A DNA stretch of 64,000 nucleotides from Carpediemonas membranifera BICM (lineage: Eukaryota > Protista > Fornicata): NCBI GenBank assembly GCA_019828565.1, contig JAHDYR010000012.1, positions 806,001-870,000 of the forward strand, read 5' to 3'. A program made the translations under genes and the position numbers. A model generated the notes under the pieces. It was not told the origin of the DNA and did no database searches. It saw only the letters and a list, made by a program, of their open reading frames with translations. This document shows positions 1 through 11,700 of the stretch, piece by piece (positions within the stretch are counted from its first letter, which is position 1; the number at the start of each line of letters is the position of its first letter).

Positions 1-239
1 GCCACCGAGCCGCTGCTGAGCTCCAAGCGAAGGCCAGAGGTCGATGACCTCAATTCAATCGGTAAGCTGCTGAGAGCGGCCGCCAGAGAGGGCCAGTGGC
101 GCTTGATCTCTGGGCCGACGAGCAATACGGGCCCAGCAGAGCAGGAGCTGCCCTCGTCGTCCGAGGAGACCTCAATAACGCTTTCAACGCACTGAGCTGC
201 CTGGCTTTGCTCGATTCGGGCAACAAGCCGCGTCAGCAT
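1..239 (-). CDS. 5' part of a gene running off the left edge (unknown product)
   Basis: ATG at 239 opens a stop-free frame (MLTRLVARIEQSQAAQCVESVIEVSSDDEG...) to the window edge; divergent from the next gene. Confidence 0.4.
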   Translation of the reverse strand, partial: MLTRLVARIEQSQAAQCVESVIEVSSDDEGSSCSAGPVLLVGPEIKRHWPSLAAALSSLPIELRSSTSGLRLELSSGSV

Positions 240-389
240 TCCATCATGCCGGGACCTACAAAACCCGCAGGCGGCCCTCTGGTGTGGCTGGAGGAGGCAG
301 CGTCGGGCTGACCAGACACATGCTGAGCCAGCTGTGGGGTGCACTTTTGGGAGGTGTCATTAGACTCAACAATTCTAACGAACAAGAAC

Positions 390-842
390 ATGGAGAGGAC
401 GCCGCAATTGCTGGATGCTCTTGTGAAGAACGATCTCAAACTCTTTCACACACTCCTACAGAATGCTCAAAGAACCCCAGAAAACCTTTATCTGGTAAAA
501 CTCGCGAGTGCCCTTGAAACTGGGTTCACAACCACTATAGTCGAGACGATCACATCCTGCTCGTTCTTGCAGTTTCACGAGGCCCTTGGACTGATTCTGC
601 AGCACGTCCAGGCGTCCGCGCTCGCCAACCTCCGCGTGGCCACCCGATCAATCCCCGTGGAGGCCGCCCCCAGCCTTCTCGCGGTGCCCCCGGACCAGCT
701 GGAGGCCTACTGCGCGGCCAATGACATGAATGTGTCCGGCGGTGTCATCGACATCCACCACCCGTCGGGCCGCGGGCTGCGGGACCTACCCGGTCTCTCG
801 TCACTGACCCAGTTCGTCGCCACCGTCGAGAGCGTCGTCTGA
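390..842 (+). CDS. RPN12: 26S proteasome lid subunit Rpn12/PSMD8-like (PCI family), N-terminally short
   Basis: LLDALVKNDLKLFHTLLQ resembles Rpn12 LLFLLSQNRVAEFHTELE; C-terminal TQFVATVESVV resembles IEYARQLEMIV; ATG at 390. Confidence 0.6.
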   Translation: MERTPQLLDALVKNDLKLFHTLLQNAQRTPENLYLVKLASALETGFTTTIVETITSCSFLQFHEALGLILQHVQASALANLRVATRSIPVEAAPSLLAVPPDQLEAYCAANDMNVSGGVIDIHHPSGRGLRDLPGLSSLTQFVATVESVV

Positions 843-866
843 GAGTAAAGCACATAGCCGTCTAGT

Positions 867-2324
867 TTAGTACTCCTCGGGCTCGGGGGCCGGCGGGTCC
901 GGCAGGGGCAGTGTCTCGAGCAGGGCGAACGACTCGTCCTCATCGATCAGCGGGCTCACGCGGCGGGCCTCACCGAGCGCCACCGCACGCACGCGAGCCG
1001 CTAATATTCGCGCAACGTGCTCAGCAATGACGTTGTCGGGCTGGCGCAGGGCGTCGACGTCATCGTCCGTGACGGCCTTTCGCTTCTGCTTCTTAAGTGC
1101 GGCCTTGACGACCTGGCTGGACGCCGCGGCCTTCTTCTTGCGGGCCTCCTTGAGTGCACGGTCCCGCTCCCGCGTGAGCCGCAGGGTCAGCCACACCCGC
1201 TCCCAGTCCCTTAAACTGCGGGTTAGTACGACCTCCTTCGCCTCGAGGGACAGACGATGCCGCCGGTACGTCCGCTGGACAGTGACAACGCACCACCGGA
1301 ACTGTCGGATGGCCGTGTTGATGCCCGCCGTGTGGCGCAGTTCGGCGATGAACTCCACCACAGTCGTTGTCGCCCGGGCCTTGCTCTGGACCCGTCGCCG
1401 GAGCATGTAGCTGAAGATCACCGCCTGTATGGACCCCATTGCCGCCTCCCGCCGAGCCTGTACCGCCCGCAGGATCTTACCGCGCCAGGCGGTCTGGACG
1501 AGGGTCGCGGCCGTGTCTCGCTTGACCTGCTCCAGCCGGGTCGCCCGCACGGACACCAGCAGCGACACAATCGCCTGGTGCCGCGCCAGCATCGCTGTGG
1601 CCAGGCGCCACCGCCCTCTCTGGAGCTGCAGGGCCGTCGACCGCACCGCCAGCCGCTGGAGGGCCGTCATGCCGTTGTCCCTTCGGCCCGACCGCGACAG
1701 CACGAGCTCCCGCCGCATCTGCTCGCGCTCCTTGTTGTGCTTGACGACGAACTCCAACCGGGCGTTGTGGGCCTCGGCGCGCTGCTCGAGCCGGGTCCGG
1801 ACAAGGTCGGGCGTCCGTGCCCCAGCCGCGCGCTTGTTGTCGACTATCATGTTCCGCCGCCCGTACGACCGCACGAACGCCGCGGCCCTCTCGCTTCTCA
1901 CAACGGCGGCCCGGGCCTCGAGCTCCTTGCGGCCCTGGTCGTCCCGGTACTGCGCCATGCGGAGCTGGAGCCGCTTGCTGGTCGTCATGTGCTCGTCGTC
2001 GAGGCTCTCCGTGTGCTGCCGCGACATGGCGGCCATGTCTGGCCCGTTGTCGGGCCTCGTCAGGTCGGCGACGTGGTCATCGCGGGGACGGACGGGCGCC
2101 TCGCCGTCAATCGTGGCGAATATGGCTTCTACTGTCTCATTCCACTTGCCAGGATGCGTCGTCTTCGCTCTTCTCCCAACGTGAAGCGTGGTAGCAGGCC
2201 TCCGAACGCCACTGCTCGAACTGACGTCTAAACGAGATAGATGTTCCTCTAACTCGTTGTTACACCTTCTTGTGATGTCTGTGAGCGCTGTTTGAGGCCG
2301 AGCATTGGCGGCCTTGCCAAACAT
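867..2324 (-). CDS. IQ-motif coiled-coil protein (calmodulin-binding, possibly flagellar)
   Basis: 485-aa ORF, GC3 bias; IQ-like motifs AATLVQTAWRG, SIQAVIFSY, VVTVQRTYRRH. Confidence 0.75.
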   Translation of the reverse strand: MFGKAANARPQTALTDITRRCNNELEEHLSRLDVSSSSGVRRPATTLHVGRRAKTTHPGKWNETVEAIFATIDGEAPVRPRDDHVADLTRPDNGPDMAAMSRQHTESLDDEHMTTSKRLQLRMAQYRDDQGRKELEARAAVVRSERAAAFVRSYGRRNMIVDNKRAAGARTPDLVRTRLEQRAEAHNARLEFVVKHNKEREQMRRELVLSRSGRRDNGMTALQRLAVRSTALQLQRGRWRLATAMLARHQAIVSLLVSVRATRLEQVKRDTAATLVQTAWRGKILRAVQARREAAMGSIQAVIFSYMLRRRVQSKARATTTVVEFIAELRHTAGINTAIRQFRWCVVTVQRTYRRHRLSLEAKEVVLTRSLRDWERVWLTLRLTRERDRALKEARKKKAAASSQVVKAALKKQKRKAVTDDDVDALRQPDNVIAEHVARILAARVRAVALGEARRVSPLIDEDESFALLETLPLPDPPAPEPEEY

Positions 2325-2492
2325 TCGATTCGGTCGTTGTTCTGATGGATGCCGACCAAAATTTCGCCAACCGACCAGCGGAACCTGGCCCGCTGGGGCC
2401 GATGCCAGCCCCGGCAGCGGCTAGTCTCAGCCACGGCATTCCGCCGCACAAGCTGACCATATTCTGCGAAATTCTCATTCCACGCAACTTGC

Positions 2493-5064
2493 ATGGCTAA
2501 GTCTCCGTTGTACACGAAGCTTCGATCAGCAGTTGCTAATGTTATGGAATGCCGCGATGAGAGCATCAACCACGCCTTTGACGAGGTGATAGACATAGTT
2601 CGGGCCAATCTGTCCGACGAGCCCTGTACGTTCCCCCAAACACACTCATACAGGCGTGAATGTAGCCGTAGCGTTCTTTGACGACGTGACGCCGCTGATT
2701 CTGGACAGCGAGGTGATATACGCGGCCACGGTGGACGATATATTGGACATCCTGCTCGACCTCTGCAACGCCGGCTTCAGCAAGGCGGGCGTCGAGGCCT
2801 TCCGCATCTTCAGCAAGCTCCTGATGTCCGACGCCGACCTGCTGGACCGTTTCCAGCCGACCAGGTCGCGTCTGATGAAGCTCGACCTCCCCCGCCACAT
2901 CATGAGTCGGGACGCGGCCGTCCGTGGCCTGGCGCTGGACACAGCGCTGATGCTGCTGTACCACGAGGACACGCTGGTCATTGAGGACATCACGACCGAC
3001 ACGAAGATCAAGTCCGTGATCGCCTGGACAGAGCGGAAGCGGGCGTACCGCGCCGCACAGGCGACCAGGCAGGAGCTCAGCGCGCTGAAGGACACCACCG
3101 ACAGCCACACGGCGACCGTGAACAGCCTGCTGGTCCGCACATCCGAGCACGGCGAGCACCTCGCCCGGCTGCGAAGGGAGACGGACGGGCTGCTGGCGAC
3201 GGCCGAGGAGAGCACCGCCGCCATCCGGTCGCTGGAGACGAGGGCGGACACAGTGGAGCGGCATGTCCAGCGGCTGCTGCAGGACGCCGCGGGGCACGGG
3301 GCCTCGATCGACGGGCTGACGACCGCGACGAACGACACGCGCGTGCACGTTGAGTCGCTGACCAAGGCGTACGCGGACATGTCGGGCAACCTCGCCGCTG
3401 TCCGCGAGATCATGGGGGAGTTCCGCACCGCACTGGGCCAGACAGCCGCCCGACTCGAGAGGGACCTCGGGGGCCGCATCAGCGAGGTCAAGGACACCGC
3501 GGAGGGCCTCGAGAGGCGCGTGGTGGGCCTGACAGATGGACTCGAGCGGACCCGGGCGTCGATGGCCAGGGACGTTTCGGACCTGCGCCAGTCGGCCGAG
3601 AGGGCGGCGGTGGAGATGGGCGAGAGGGCGAGCAAGGTCGAGCGGGCAGCAGACGCACTCGGCCGGGATGTGGAGCGGGTGGAGAGCAGGGTCGAGAGCG
3701 GACTGGACGAGCTGCACCGTGTCACACGGGCCGGTGACGAGGCCCTCGGTGCCCGCGTCGGGGGCATCGAGACGACCGCCAAGGAGCTTGCTGGGCGTCT
3801 GCAGGATGCCACGGGGCAGCTGAACGGGCTGACGGGCACTGTGACGAAGCATCAGATGAGCATCGACAACGTCGTCGCCCAGAATAAGGAGAGCCTCAAG
3901 GTTGCCAAGCAGGCCAGCAGCAAGATCGCCGACGTCACCACCCGGACGCTGAAGATCGCCGCGGAGCTGAAGACCGCGCAGGACGAGGCCCGCAAGCACT
4001 CCGAGACGATCACGGGGCTCGAGACGAAGGCCATGGCCTACGACGAGCGCATCAGCGACGTCTACAACCGGTCGAGCCAGCTGTTGTCCTCTACCCAGCA
4101 GGAGCTGCAGCGGTCCCAGCGGAAGATCGACCAGACGCAGGCCTTCCTCAGCACGCAGGCCGAGGACAAGCTCGACGAGCTGGCCCGGACGAGGCCACCG
4201 CACTCGCCGACAGTCGGCGGGGGCGAGATCGACACGAAACTGAGGGCGCTGCAGTGGGTCGCCCGCAACTCTGCCTGGATGGACGCCGACAAGATCACCC
4301 GGTCGGTATCAGAGTTCACCGTGTGGGCCGCGGACCACCCGGGCGTGCTGAGGGCGACGCCGGCCCAGCGGGACGCCCTGAGGGACTGTGCGAGCGCCAT
4401 CCGGTGCTGCCTCGACGCCGCGGACGACGACCAGCAGGCCAAGCTGGCCGGGCTGCTCCGTCTGCTGCGATGCATCCTGCTGTCCGAGGCCAGCTGTGCC
4501 GAGCTCGCACATTCCGACCCGGCCCTGCTGCAGGAGGCCGTGGAGCTGACACACGGCCCGGATGCCGTCGTCGGGGCCGTCCTGGACGCCTTGGCCGAGG
4601 CGTGCTGTGTCGAGGAGAGCGCCGCGGTGCTGCTCCAGACGCCCCTGCTCGACCGCCTCCTCGACGCCGTCCAGGGTTCCAACGACGACACCAAGCGCCG
4701 CGCCCTGCTGACGACCCGGCACCTGGCCCGGCATGACAAGGCCGTCGAGCGGATGGCGACGCACCGGCTGACTGGCCAGCTGATCGCGATGCTGAAGAGC
4801 CGGGTACCGGGCCCCGTCATGGACCAGCTCTGCCCGGCCGTCCGCAACCTCTGCAGGTCCGAGGCCATCGTCACACAGCTCGACAGGGCCGGGGCGGTGC
4901 CGGTGCTCATCACGCTGCTGAGACAGGCTGAGGCGGGCGGCGAGCGGGCCAAGCACGTCACAGCGACGCTGCGAGCGTGCAGCAAGGACGTCAACGTCCA
5001 GAAGTACCTCAAGGCCGAGGGCGTGCTCGACGTTCTCGGCATCCGGTACCCGCTGGTCAAGTAA
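2493..5064 (+). CDS. Long coiled-coil protein with C-terminal armadillo-like repeats; intron 2626-2653
   Basis: Removing 28-nt GTACG...ACTCATACAG joins the ATG-2493 exon in frame to the 802-aa ORF; ARM-like AGAVPVLITLL. Confidence 0.8.
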
Positions 5065-5085
5065 AGTGTAACATTATTTAGCAGT

Positions 5086-6322
5086 CTAGTCGCGGGGGTC
5101 AGGCAGCACCGGGTCCTCCCCAGCCAGGTTCATGTACGTCCGCACCGTCCCGTAAATGGGCACACGGTTCACCTCTCCGCAGCTGGCCAGGGCCATCGCA
5201 GGGTCAGAGTTGTGCAGTTTAAGGGCTGCGAACAGCAGGCCGGTCATGAGGGCGTCGTACCCGGCCTCGTGGGGGTGGCCGCCGTTCACGTACCTGTCGT
5301 GGCCCTCAGCCCACTGGACGTCGATGGGGTGGGCCTTTATGGATGTGGAGTAGGCGTCCCCGAGCTGAGACCTGATGGGAACGGGCAGGTTCGCCGTGAT
5401 GTACTTCGTGTCGACCACACAGGGAAGCAGGTCCGCGAGGAGGCGCTTGTACTCGGTGTAAACCGAGGGCAGGGTGCCGACAAAGAACTGCCGCAGGAGG
5501 AAGAGGAGGTCCAGGAAGCCGTTGTGGGTCACCACGGGCTTCCCACTTGCGCCCACGGCCGTCATGACCTCCCTGACGCCGATCATGCCGCGTATTGACC
5601 GTTCGAAGTCCCGACGCTCCCAGAAGGCGGCGGCCTCCTCGGGAGACGCGGGCTTGAGCATGTGGTTGTCGACAACGACAGGGACGGCCAGGCCCTCCCT
5701 CATGCCCTTCCAGACGAGGCGGCGTGCCCAGTTGTTGAGGTGACCCATGAACACCGGCCTGCCCTGGGCCAGCTCGGCGTTGGCCGTCGCGAAGAACGCC
5801 GCGACCTCGGCGAGGTCATCGGGGTACGGGTCCGGGCCGGGAACAGTCTCCATTGCCTCCAGGGCCTTCTGCTCCGGCACCGAGAGGCTCGTCACGCCCG
5901 TCCGCACCCACTCGTTGAAGTCGAAGTGGTTCTGCTGCAGGAAGGTGAGCACCCACGAGTGCACCATAAAGCGGGCGTTCTTGGGCGGCATGATGTACAT
6001 GTTGAAGGCCCGGCACTTGAGCGGCAAGGAGCGGTTCGCAGGGCCCGCCAGCTTGAAGAAGCTGATGCCGAACTGACAGACGAGGAAGCCGTCGGAGTCC
6101 AGCGCGTCCTTGTAGCGCGGTTCGACCTTGTTGTCGAGGGAGAGCTTGCCCTTGGTCTTGCTGGCGAGCTGGCGGTCAGACTTGGAGAGCCCAGTCATCT
6201 CCATGTCGATGGAGCAGTAATCGCACCACTCCACGGCCTCCAGCATCTCTTGCCGCTTATCATACCAGTCTATGTTATATCTAAAGGGGGATGATCGAAC
6301 TCTGTGCGGTAACAGCGGACAT
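5086..6322 (-). CDS. PARN: CAF1-family DEDDh poly(A)-specific ribonuclease (PARN-like); intron 6270-6300
   Basis: Motifs SIDMEMTG, HNGFLDL, VDTKY, HEAGYDALMTG; a 31-nt GT..AG intron yields a PARN-like start MSAVTAQNWYDKRQEMLEA. Confidence 0.8.
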
Positions 6323-6509
6323 TTCGTTCTTGGAATAATGGCCGTGTCGCAAAACGACTCAGGAATGGAGTCGCACAGGCAACTGCGAGCCCAGCGTGTC
6401 CTTGCGATGTATTGCACTGCCTCATCATCCCCCTCCTTGACCCGGAATCGACTTAGCGACTTGGCAAATCTTCTCCAGAAATCTGCACGAACGAAGCAAA
6501 ACTCTCCAT

Positions 6510-6875
6510 ATGAACCAGACAGAGACACTAGAATACCTCCAAAAGCACAAGATTGACAAACTGGTCCACATACTGGCCTCGCAAGCGGCATTTCACCAGC
6601 CTGACGGCGACTTGTACAGCTTTTTCCACCAGAAGATGGAAGAGATCATTGCCGCACAGCGGAAGGGGGAGAAGATATCTCTCTTCTCGCCTGAAGACCT
6701 GCGGACGATCTTCAACATGTACGACCCACTCAGCCACGGCACGCTGCAGGGCCCTGCCATCGCCACGGCCCTGGACAACATGGGGCTCGGCGGCATCAAG
6801 GAGGCGCCCGCGTCAGCGACTGTGGAGCAGTTTGTATCACTAGCGGAGCAGTGTCAGGCGGAGTACTTCTCCTGA
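6510..6875 (+). CDS. EFCAB10: EFCAB10-like protein (RIIa/Dpy-30 D/D domain + EF hand)
   Basis: YLQKHKI..L......FHQP D/D domain; LFSPEDLRTIFNMYDPLSHG EF-hand-like. Confidence 0.7.
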   Translation: MNQTETLEYLQKHKIDKLVHILASQAAFHQPDGDLYSFFHQKMEEIIAAQRKGEKISLFSPEDLRTIFNMYDPLSHGTLQGPAIATALDNMGLGGIKEAPASATVEQFVSLAEQCQAEYFS

Positions 6876-7155
6876 GCACACACTGGTGTAAATGTAGCGC
6901 CGAGGGGTTAATGGTAAATGGAGACCAAATGAAAGGAGTGAGGAGTGTGATAGGGCTCACGGGCGAAGCGCCTGTCACTGTCGAATACCAGAGAATGGCA
7001 AATTCGACCGAATCTCTGCGTGCTTGTCAGGCTGGCAGACTGCGTTGGTGTTGATGCCGAATATGTCCAAAAATGGTCTGAGCGCGACTCGATCTCGCAA
7101 TCTCCCCGAGTCGTTTTTCAGTTGGTTCATCCACCCGAACTCAGTCAAAATCAGC

Positions 7156-10100
7156 ATGCAGGCCCGAATAGATCGAGCACGGCAAGAAGTGATAGAAGCA
7201 ACAACAATACAAGCCCAACTCAAGGCCAAGGCGCGTTTAGTGAGGGTTCTATTCGAGTGCAAAATGTTTGCAGAGATAATTGCTATTGGACGCCCCGTAA
7301 TGAGCCTAGATGTCCCCATACCGCTCTCATTGCCACTTCTTTGCGGCAAGGCGGCTTATTTCCTCGAGATGTTCCCCCTTGCGGAGGGATTCTACACCCG
7401 TGTCCTCATGATGGAGCCCTCCAATGTCCACGCGTACCTGGGCCTGTTCGAGGTCCACACCAACCGCAAGGTGATTACAGAGGAGCGCTGTCGCCGCTAC
7501 CTGGCGGACATGGACCAGCTCGAGCGGCACATGCCGCCCGACGACCACCGGCTGGCGAATTGCCAGCGAATATTCCTTCGCTCCCAGTTGATCGACCCCC
7601 AGACCGACACCAGCACCATCGTCGAGGCAGCGGACGCTGCATGCACGATCCCCCGCATCATTGGGGCGATTGAGGACCTCGAGGCCGCCCTGGCCCACGC
7701 CATCCCCCGGAACAGCCCACACCGGGACTTCGAGATCTCGTGCTGGAACCAGGTCTACACCCGCCTGCTGTCCGAGACGGAGCGGTGGCTGGCAGTCGAG
7801 GTCGACTCGCTGGCCAACCAGAAGGCCCTGAGGACGAGGCGCCCCACCCTGGCGGACATCCCCACAGAGGTCAGGGCCCGCGTGTCCCTCCGCCGCCTGA
7901 CGTTCGAGTTCCAGTGCAAGGCCCAGCCGTACATCGAGCCGCAGGGCAGCTACATGACGACGAATCCGCCCCACGCAGGCCTGTTCGACGTCCTCGTGCA
8001 TCTCAAGCGCTTCGGGCATGCCGACGACCTCTGGGACGACGCCATGGTCCGTGTGGCCCGTCTGGTGCTCGGCACGGGCCACCCCGCTGCCTTCGCCCTG
8101 CTGCGGACGATGGTCGGCGCCCACCAGAGCGAGCAGGCGGACCTCCTGAGATACGCGTTCCCCGCCCTGCAGACGACAGACGGGCGGGGCGCGATGGTGG
8201 TGGTGCCGCCCGTGTCGATACACGAGCTCGACTTTGCCATCCCCATCGGCCACCAGGCCATCCTCGCGGGCGACCGGACGAGGCTGAAACCGCTCTACTA
8301 CGCCGACGACGTCACCGCGGTCGACCTTCTCCGCGGCGGGACGTCCCAGCAGCTGGCGTCCATGCTCTTGCTGACGCCCTTCGCGGCCCTGGGCATCGCT
8401 CAGGCCGCCATCACGGACGGCGTGATGTCCACCTCGTACGAGGCCATGAACGGCCCCATCGTCGCCGCTGAGTACGTCATCGCCAACGCGGCGCTTTTTG
8501 GGCGATCTGCGGCCCTCCTGAACCCCCTCGCCCCCCTCTCGACACAGCTCGACACCGTCCAGTCGACCATGCCACCCGACATCATGGCCAAGTACATCAG
8601 GGCCAAGGCGCTGACCAAGGTGTCCCAGAAGTCTGCCGCCATGGCCCTGCTGGACACGCTCCCCGACCTCCCCGTCATCGTGCTGCAGCGCGTCCTCATC
8701 GCCATGCAGGACGACTCGTGTCCGGAGTCCAGACGCCGCGCCGCACTCGAGAAAGCCCTCGAGATCGTCCCTGCGAACCCCACCGTCGCTAACGGGATCG
8801 CCCGCATCATGAACCGAGCCCTGGCAACCCAGCTCGCCGACCCCGCCGCAGCGCCCCCGGTCGTCTCGGTGTTCGAGCCACGTGGTGTCGTCGGAGAGAA
8901 CACCGCACTCGCAGCGATCGCCCACGCTCGTGTGGGGGGAGACCGCCACACCACCCAGCATGCGCTGCTCATGGCCGGGCGGTGCAGCGTCGACGCCGTG
9001 GTGCGGCGCCGCTACTTCCTTGAGGCCGCGAACTCCAGGCTGTCCCCGCTGGTGCTGGCCCACGCGGCGGTGTACGATGGCACCCCCCGCGCCCACGGCC
9101 GCCTTCTCTTCCGGTACTTCATGAGCGTCATCGAGAACCAGGGCGGCGGCACACCTGTCATGGCCCAGCTCGCGTTCCTGCGGGCCGCCCAATTAGCCGG
9201 CCTCGTGGACAGTGCAGCCCGCGTCATGCTGACCAGGTTGCCGCGGTCACCGATGACGAACCTGCTGCAGGCCATGTCCCGTCGGGGCGATGCCCTCTAT
9301 GCCATGGACGACCCGCTCATCCGGATCCACCCGCTGGCCTCTCTGCTGGCCGCCGAGCACTTCTTGGCCGGCGACCAGCCCGCCCGGGCCGCCGAGTACG
9401 CCAAGCAGGCCCTGAGAGCGATCCAGAACATCGGCATCGTGCCCCACATCGGCCGCGAGTTCCAGGCCGTCTTCGGCCGGCTCGACCCCGCCCTGGCCCC
9501 GAGGGCGCAGTTGGCGCTGGACAATGCGACGGCCCGCAGCGCCCCCATTCCCCTCCTACTGGCGACGTCGAACTGTCCCGAGCTCTGCAGTGCCATCTGC
9601 CGCCGCATCACTACCTGCTGCGGGGCGGCCTTGACGGTCCTCGAACCGGCCTTCACCGCCATGGACGTCCTCGTGCGGGCCGAGACCGTTGTCCTCGCCG
9701 CCTGCTTCGACAAGGCGGCCGGCAAGACCGGCTTCGACGCCATTCTGGCACGGACTGCGGCCGACCTCGAGAACATCTCCGGCCCAGCTGCCGCAGTCGC
9801 CCTTGCTGAGGTCCGGCTCGAGCAGGCGCTGCTCGGAGTCGACCCTGTGACTAACGCGTTCCGGGCTATCACGGCCCTCGCCCCGATGACGAACTTCCGG
9901 GTTCGGCCCATGGTGCCGCTTCTACACGGCGTGGCTGTACTTGTCCTTAAGGTGCACGGCGAGGAGGCCGAGACGACCGACCTGGGTCCGCTGACGGTTG
10001 CCCCGACCGTGATGGTCGCCGCCGCCAAGGCGCTGCGCTACCTATCCGGTCTGGAGACGGGTACGGCCGCCCTTGCCGAGTACCAGCGGTCGGTCGTCGG

Positions 10101-10980
10101 CTGGGCCGCCCTCTGCATGAATGCCCTCGACAAGGGGGACGACGCGCTCTTCTACTCGACGCTGGCCCGGGCCGCAGCCCTCGACGCGACGACCCGCCCC
10201 CTCGAGCGGCTGCTCATTGGCCACCCGGACCACGCCGTGGCGACGCGGGCCGTCACAAGGACTTGGCCCGGCGTCAAGGGCGCCCAGCCGAGGGCACGAC
10301 GCCTGGCTGACGAGGCGGGACTGAGCGTCATTGCCGCAAATCTAGCAGACGCCGACGACACCGCCGACGCCGACGAGGTTGTCCGCATGCACCTCAAGGC
10401 CCGCCGCTACGCGGACGTCATCGCGGCTGTGGATCCCCGGGACGATGAAGCGTCCGACAGTCGCAAGATGATGCTGTCGATGGCCCTTGGCCTCACAGGC
10501 GCGGTCAAGCGGGGCGTCGCCGTCCTCAAGACGGTCAGCAAGGCGACCGTCACAGCCGGCTTGCTCGCGGCGCTCGTCGGCAGCGACAAGACTGCGATCC
10601 GCCTGCTCCAGGGTCGCGACCACCCCATGGTGCTGGCGGCCGTCATGCTGCGGGCCTTCCAACACTCCCGCCAGCAGGTGCTTCTCGACGAGGCCCGGTC
10701 TGTCATCAACGCCGGGCCGGAGGGGCCTAGTTCCCGCGTGCTGACGGCTGCCGCGGCCATTCTCGACGGCGAGGGCGTGGCTGAGAGCGCCGCCCTGCTG
10801 CATAACCCGCCCGCCGGCGACCCGGTCGTGGGCGCCGTCGCACTCTGGCTTGCCGGGGTCCGCGACGAGGCCGTCCGCATGGGGGTCGAGGACGGCGTCG
10901 AGAGCGGTGCGGTCGGCGTCCTGGCAGGCATGACCGAGGAGACGGCCCAGCTGGCCGCACGCATGGCCTGTCAGGTGTGA
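7156..10980 (+). CDS. Large alpha-solenoid/TPR protein (possibly Ski3/TTC37-like)
   Basis: ~1270-aa ORF; N-terminal TPR (GKAAYFLEMFPLAEGFYTRVLMMEPSNVHAYLGL); Ala/Leu-rich helical repeats. Confidence 0.7.
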   Translation: MQARIDRARQEVIEATTIQAQLKAKARLVRVLFECKMFAEIIAIGRPVMSLDVPIPLSLPLLCGKAAYFLEMFPLAEGFYTRVLMMEPSNVHAYLGLFEVHTNRKVITEERCRRYLADMDQLERHMPPDDHRLANCQRIFLRSQLIDPQTDTSTIVEAADAACTIPRIIGAIEDLEAALAHAIPRNSPHRDFEISCWNQVYTRLLSETERWLAVEVDSLANQKALRTRRPTLADIPTEVRARVSLRRLTFEFQCKAQPYIEPQGSYMTTNPPHAGLFDVLVHLKRFGHADDLWDDAMVRVARLVLGTGHPAAFALLRTMVGAHQSEQADLLRYAFPALQTTDGRGAMVVVPPVSIHELDFAIPIGHQAILAGDRTRLKPLYYADDVTAVDLLRGGTSQQLASMLLLTPFAALGIAQAAITDGVMSTSYEAMNGPIVAAEYVIANAALFGRSAALLNPLAPLSTQLDTVQSTMPPDIMAKYIRAKALTKVSQKSAAMALLDTLPDLPVIVLQRVLIAMQDDSCPESRRRAALEKALEIVPANPTVANGIARIMNRALATQLADPAAAPPVVSVFEPRGVVGENTALAAIAHARVGGDRHTTQHALLMAGRCSVDAVVRRRYFLEAANSRLSPLVLAHAAVYDGTPRAHGRLLFRYFMSVIENQGGGTPVMAQLAFLRAAQLAGLVDSAARVMLTRLPRSPMTNLLQAMSRRGDALYAMDDPLIRIHPLASLLAAEHFLAGDQPARAAEYAKQALRAIQNIGIVPHIGREFQAVFGRLDPALAPRAQLALDNATARSAPIPLLLATSNCPELCSAICRRITTCCGAALTVLEPAFTAMDVLVRAETVVLAACFDKAAGKTGFDAILARTAADLENISGPAAAVALAEVRLEQALLGVDPVTNAFRAITALAPMTNFRVRPMVPLLHGVAVLVLKVHGEEAETTDLGPLTVAPTVMVAAAKALRYLSGLETGTAALAEYQRSVVGWAALCMNALDKGDDALFYSTLARAAALDATTRPLERLLIGHPDHAVATRAVTRTWPGVKGAQPRARRLADEAGLSVIAANLADADDTADADEVVRMHLKARRYADVIAAVDPRDDEASDSRKMMLSMALGLTGAVKRGVAVLKTVSKATVTAGLLAALVGSDKTAIRLLQGRDHPMVLAAVMLRAFQHSRQQVLLDEARSVINAGPEGPSSRVLTAAAAILDGEGVAESAALLHNPPAGDPVVGAVALWLAGVRDEAVRMGVEDGVESGAVGVLAGMTEETAQLAARMACQV

Positions 10981-11049
10981 TAGATACGGATTTATATCGA
11001 TGGGGTAAATAGATAGTTGTGGCCCGATCATTTACCAGTCACCGCACCT

Positions 11050-11700
11050 TCACTTGAGCTTCATGTCGTCGCCGTAGTCATCAAACTCCCGTTCCAGCGC
11101 GGCGAGGACCCCGTCGTCGTCGATGTCGCCCATCGCCTCGAAGAACCCCTCGTCGACGTCCTCGTCCTCGTCCTGCAGCGTGATGAACGGGTGTGTCTTG
11201 GTCCGCCGGGACATGGGGAAGACGCGCCCGACCATCAGGAGGTTTCGGAATACTCGGACGAGGAGGGCGATCATGAAGGCGCTGATGCGGATGGGCTCGA
11301 CGGGGACGGCGTTCGTGCCGAGCAGCAGTGAGAGCACGAGGGCAGGCGATGCCAACACGAGGATGATGTCGACGTAGTTGGCCGCCGTCTTGAAGAAGCG
11401 GACGCCCTGCATCACGAGTAGGAGTCCGTCCTGGAGGAGGAGGCTGCTGGTGATCACCATGAACCCGACGAGGAAAATGATACTGTCCGCGTAGCACTGG
11501 ACATACATAAAGATGAAGATAAGCAGCCCGAGCGTTGGGATGCATGAGAGGAGGAAGAAGGCGCACAGGGCCCACCGAAGGATCACCTGCCGCCGGATCA
11601 ACGTCTTCATCGCGTCAGGCGATAGTGCAGCGCTATTTTCGATCTGTACTGCAAGCGCGCATGCGATTTTTGTCCGCAGACGGCTTATTGCTTCGCTCAT
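11050..11700 (-). CDS. Four-TM voltage-sensor-like (S1-S4) membrane protein with no pore domain
   Basis: 216 aa; QGVRFFKTAANYVDIILV matches the S2-S3 pattern G..FF....N..D; S4-like LLVRVFRNLL; acidic tail. Confidence 0.6.
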   Translation of the reverse strand: MSEAISRLRTKIACALAVQIENSAALSPDAMKTLIRRQVILRWALCAFFLLSCIPTLGLLIFIFMYVQCYADSIIFLVGFMVITSSLLLQDGLLLVMQGVRFFKTAANYVDIILVLASPALVLSLLLGTNAVPVEPIRISAFMIALLVRVFRNLLMVGRVFPMSRRTKTHPFITLQDEDEDVDEGFFEAMGDIDDDGVLAALEREFDDYGDDMKLK

